A stretch of 64,000 nucleotides of DNA from assembly GCA_965198115.1 (NCBI GenBank), contig OZ240241.1, forward strand, positions 3,424,001 to 3,488,000, read 5' to 3'. Of this stretch, positions 61,609-64,000 are shown piece after piece (within the stretch, counting starts at the first letter, position 1; each line of letters starts with the position of its first letter). The DNA comes from Candidatus Latescibacterota bacterium. GTDB lineage: Bacteria; Latescibacterota; UBA2968. Made by a program: the position numbers and the translations under genes. The notes under the pieces were generated by a model. That model ran no database searches and was not told the origin of the DNA. It worked only from the letters and a program-made list of their open reading frames with translations.

Positions 61609-63411
61609 TTGCCTCGGATTCCAGAAGAGACGATCGATCGTATCCGCGAAGCGGTCGACATCGTCGATGTCGTTTCCGAACACGTCCAGCTCACACAGCG
61701 CGGGCGTAACTACGTCGGTCTGTGCCCGTTCCACGACGACCACGACCCATCGTTCAACGTTTCGCAGGAAAAGCAGATTTACAAATGCTTCGTCTGCGAT
61801 GCGGGCGGAAACGTTTTCTCCTTCCTCCAGAACATCGAAGGCATCAGCTTCGTCGAAGCGGTGAGGAAGGTCGGCGGTCTCGTGGGCATCGACATTCCTC
61901 AAGCCGGGCGAGACCCGCAGCAGGATGAGGCCTTCGATGCCATTTACAGCGCTGTCGATCTCGCGCGGAAGTACTATCACCATCTCCTGAGCAAGGATGC
62001 TTCGGGTGGGTTCGCGCGTGAGTATCTCGCGGGTCGCGCTGTGACGGCGGAGAGCATCGGTCATTTTTCGCTCGGCTACGCGCCCAACGCCTGGGACCGG
62101 TTCCTGAACGTGGCCAAAAAACGAGGACACGACCCCAAGATCCTCGAAAAGGCGGGCCTCGTCGTGGCCCGGAAGGACGGATTCGGTTACTACGATCGGT
62201 TCCGGCATCGTGTGATCTGGCCGATTCGGGCGCAGACGGGGCGTACGGTAGCCTTCGGAGCAAGAGCGCTCGACCCCGATGAGCAAGCCAAGTATCTGAA
62301 CTCGCCCGAAACACCGATTTACCACAAAAGCAACACGCTCTATGGGTTGTGGGAAGGTCGAGATGCGATCAGGACGGAAAAACGCGCACTCTTCGTCGAG
62401 GGCTATATGGACCATCTCGCCCTCGTGCAGCACGGGTTTCAGCACGTCGTGGCCACGTCGGGCACCGCACTGACCCCTCAGCACGCTCGCCTGCTCAAAC
62501 GGTTCACCGAACACGCGGTTCTGGTCTTCGACGGCGACACGGCCGGGTCGTCCGCGGCCGTACGCGGCGTCACCCCCCTCGTCGAGGCCGGTATCGACGT
62601 TCGGATCGTTTCCCTCCCCGAGGGCGAGGACCCCGACGATTTCGTTCGGACGAGGGGGCGCGAAGCGTTCCGGGACGCCATCGAAAAGGCCCTCCCGGCG
62701 ATGGACTTCCTCATCAAATGGGTCGCCACGCTGGAAGACCTTTCGACCGCCGACGGTCGCGCACGGGCCACCCGACGCATCGCGGAGATCATCAGCCACG
62801 TGAGCGACAGTGCGTTGCGCCAATTTCTGATTCGTGACGCGGCGCAAAAACTCGACGCCAACGAATCGGTCGTGATCCAGGAAGTCAAACAGGCTGCGGA
62901 AAGGAAGGCGTCGCAGGCGCGCCGGAAGGAACCCGAGCAACCCGTACCCGCAATCGATCGCTTCGACCCTCGCCCGCGGGCAGAACGCGAACTGCTGATC
63001 CAGATGATGTCCGACGACTTCGTGGCTGACACCATCCTGTCTGAAATCAAACCCGACGACTTCACGAACAGCGTCTATCGCTACCTCGCAAAACTGATCG
63101 CTTATCAGCGATCGTCGTCACTCAGCGCGTCCGTCGCCCATATGGTCGACTGCTGCAACCACCCGATCGTCGCGCAGATTATCTCTTCGATGTCACTCGA
63201 AACAGGGATCACCAACCCCGAGGCACTCGAAACGCCGATCGAGGATTACATCCACGCTTTCCGCCTGAGGGACCTCGAGCGCCGGATCGACGACCTCGAA
63301 CATCAGATGAAAACGTCGGAAGACGAAGCCCTCAAATCTCTGATGGAACAGCACCGAACGCTCACCTTGGAGCGAAGGGAGATGAAGGAGAAGGCGGTGC
63401 CCGCCGCGTAG
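61609..63411 (+). CDS. dnaG: DNA primase
   Basis: CPFH..CFVC zinc finger, YDRFR, KYLNSPET, VEGYMD, FDGDTAG, DPD. Confidence 0.97.
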   Translation: MPRIPEETIDRIREAVDIVDVVSEHVQLTQRGRNYVGLCPFHDDHDPSFNVSQEKQIYKCFVCDAGGNVFSFLQNIEGISFVEAVRKVGGLVGIDIPQAGRDPQQDEAFDAIYSAVDLARKYYHHLLSKDASGGFAREYLAGRAVTAESIGHFSLGYAPNAWDRFLNVAKKRGHDPKILEKAGLVVARKDGFGYYDRFRHRVIWPIRAQTGRTVAFGARALDPDEQAKYLNSPETPIYHKSNTLYGLWEGRDAIRTEKRALFVEGYMDHLALVQHGFQHVVATSGTALTPQHARLLKRFTEHAVLVFDGDTAGSSAAVRGVTPLVEAGIDVRIVSLPEGEDPDDFVRTRGREAFRDAIEKALPAMDFLIKWVATLEDLSTADGRARATRRIAEIISHVSDSALRQFLIRDAAQKLDANESVVIQEVKQAAERKASQARRKEPEQPVPAIDRFDPRPRAERELLIQMMSDDFVADTILSEIKPDDFTNSVYRYLAKLIAYQRSSSLSASVAHMVDCCNHPIVAQIISSMSLETGITNPEALETPIEDYIHAFRLRDLERRIDDLEHQMKTSEDEALKSLMEQHRTLTLERREMKEKAVPAA

Positions 63412-63415
63412 CGGC

Positions 63416-63450
63416 GTGGCAGACGTCAGAGGATAGAAGTCAGAAGACAG
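63416..63450. repeat. 7-mer tandem repeat after dnaG
   Basis: GTGGCAG ACGTCAG AGGATAG AAGTCAG AAGACAG. Confidence 0.55.
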
Positions 63451-63488
63451 CAAGGCTCTGGCTTCTCGCGTGCTTGCTCTTTCGCTAG

Positions 63489-64000
63489 CCTGAATTATGC
63501 ATAAAAAAGGTAGTCTCCTTGTACAAGTGTTTGTTTTTCCCTACATTAGGGCTGACACATCAAAACAACACTTGGAAGGAACTACCGTGATAGAACCTAG
63601 TCAGATCCGGTTACCATTCGCAAGCATTTCGGGCAAGGTAGTTGAGGCTGATTTTGCCGGTGGCGCCGTCAGGAGTGACGGTGGAGTTCTGTTGCTTCGC
63701 GCCCTTGAGTCTCAGATGGGATTGATCGCCAGAATGGTAGATGCTTTGCGAGATCGTCGTCACCCAAGCTATATCGATCACACGCTTTTGGATCTTGTGA
63801 AGCAGCGTGTTTTTCAGATCGCTTGCGGCTATGAAGATGCCATCGATTGTGATGATTTGCGCCACGATCCGGGCGTCAAGGCTGCCTGCGATCGGCTTCC
63901 TCTTTCCGGTCCTGATCTCGGGAGCCAATCAACGATGACACGACTTGAGAATGATGTGCGACGCTCGGATTTGTATCGGCTCGCACGGGCTTTTGTAGAC
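63489..64000 (+). mobile_element. IS1380-family element, left part (transposase from GTG 63587 runs off the edge)
   Basis: Translation ADFAGGAVRSDGGVLLL, DRRHP, QRVFQIACGYED, LRHDP, SQSTMTRLEN; GC drops from CCTGAATT, so the left end is approximate. Confidence 0.88.

Overview
GC-rich bacterial chromosomal segment, mostly housekeeping. The gene mix (PorX-like REC-PglZ next to tsaE, long-form IspG, nuo operon without EFG) suggests an FCB-group lineage such as Latescibacterota; this is inference only. From left to right: a complex I operon (nuoA-B-C-D-H-I-J-K-L', minus strand) divergent from a SUF operon (sufBCDSU-sufT-Rrf2-second nuoB-nfuA); metabolic genes; a frameshifted FapA/DUF342 gene; an IS256 element; the candidate operon described below; an IS630 element; a peptidase and sugar genes; KamA, UPF0182-murQ, a ClpX-like ATPase, rqcH, HK-PorX-tsaE, rpsU-cvpA-mutS2-ispG-dnaG; and the start of an IS1380 element. 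The best candidate for an undescribed system is the minus-strand operon at 26.7-33.7 kb. It encodes a secreted TPR-like protein, a secreted Fam20C/PI3-4K-like kinase, a lipoprotein metallophosphatase with HEAT repeats, a STAS protein and an Npt1/TLC-type nucleotide translocase with HEAT repeats, and lies behind a perfect sigma54 consensus. This looks like a kinase, phosphatase and ATP supply for extracytoplasmic phosphorylation. In this copy an IS630 sits in the leader and three genes carry lesions (real decay or assembly error). All calls come from reading motifs by eye; no database search was run.
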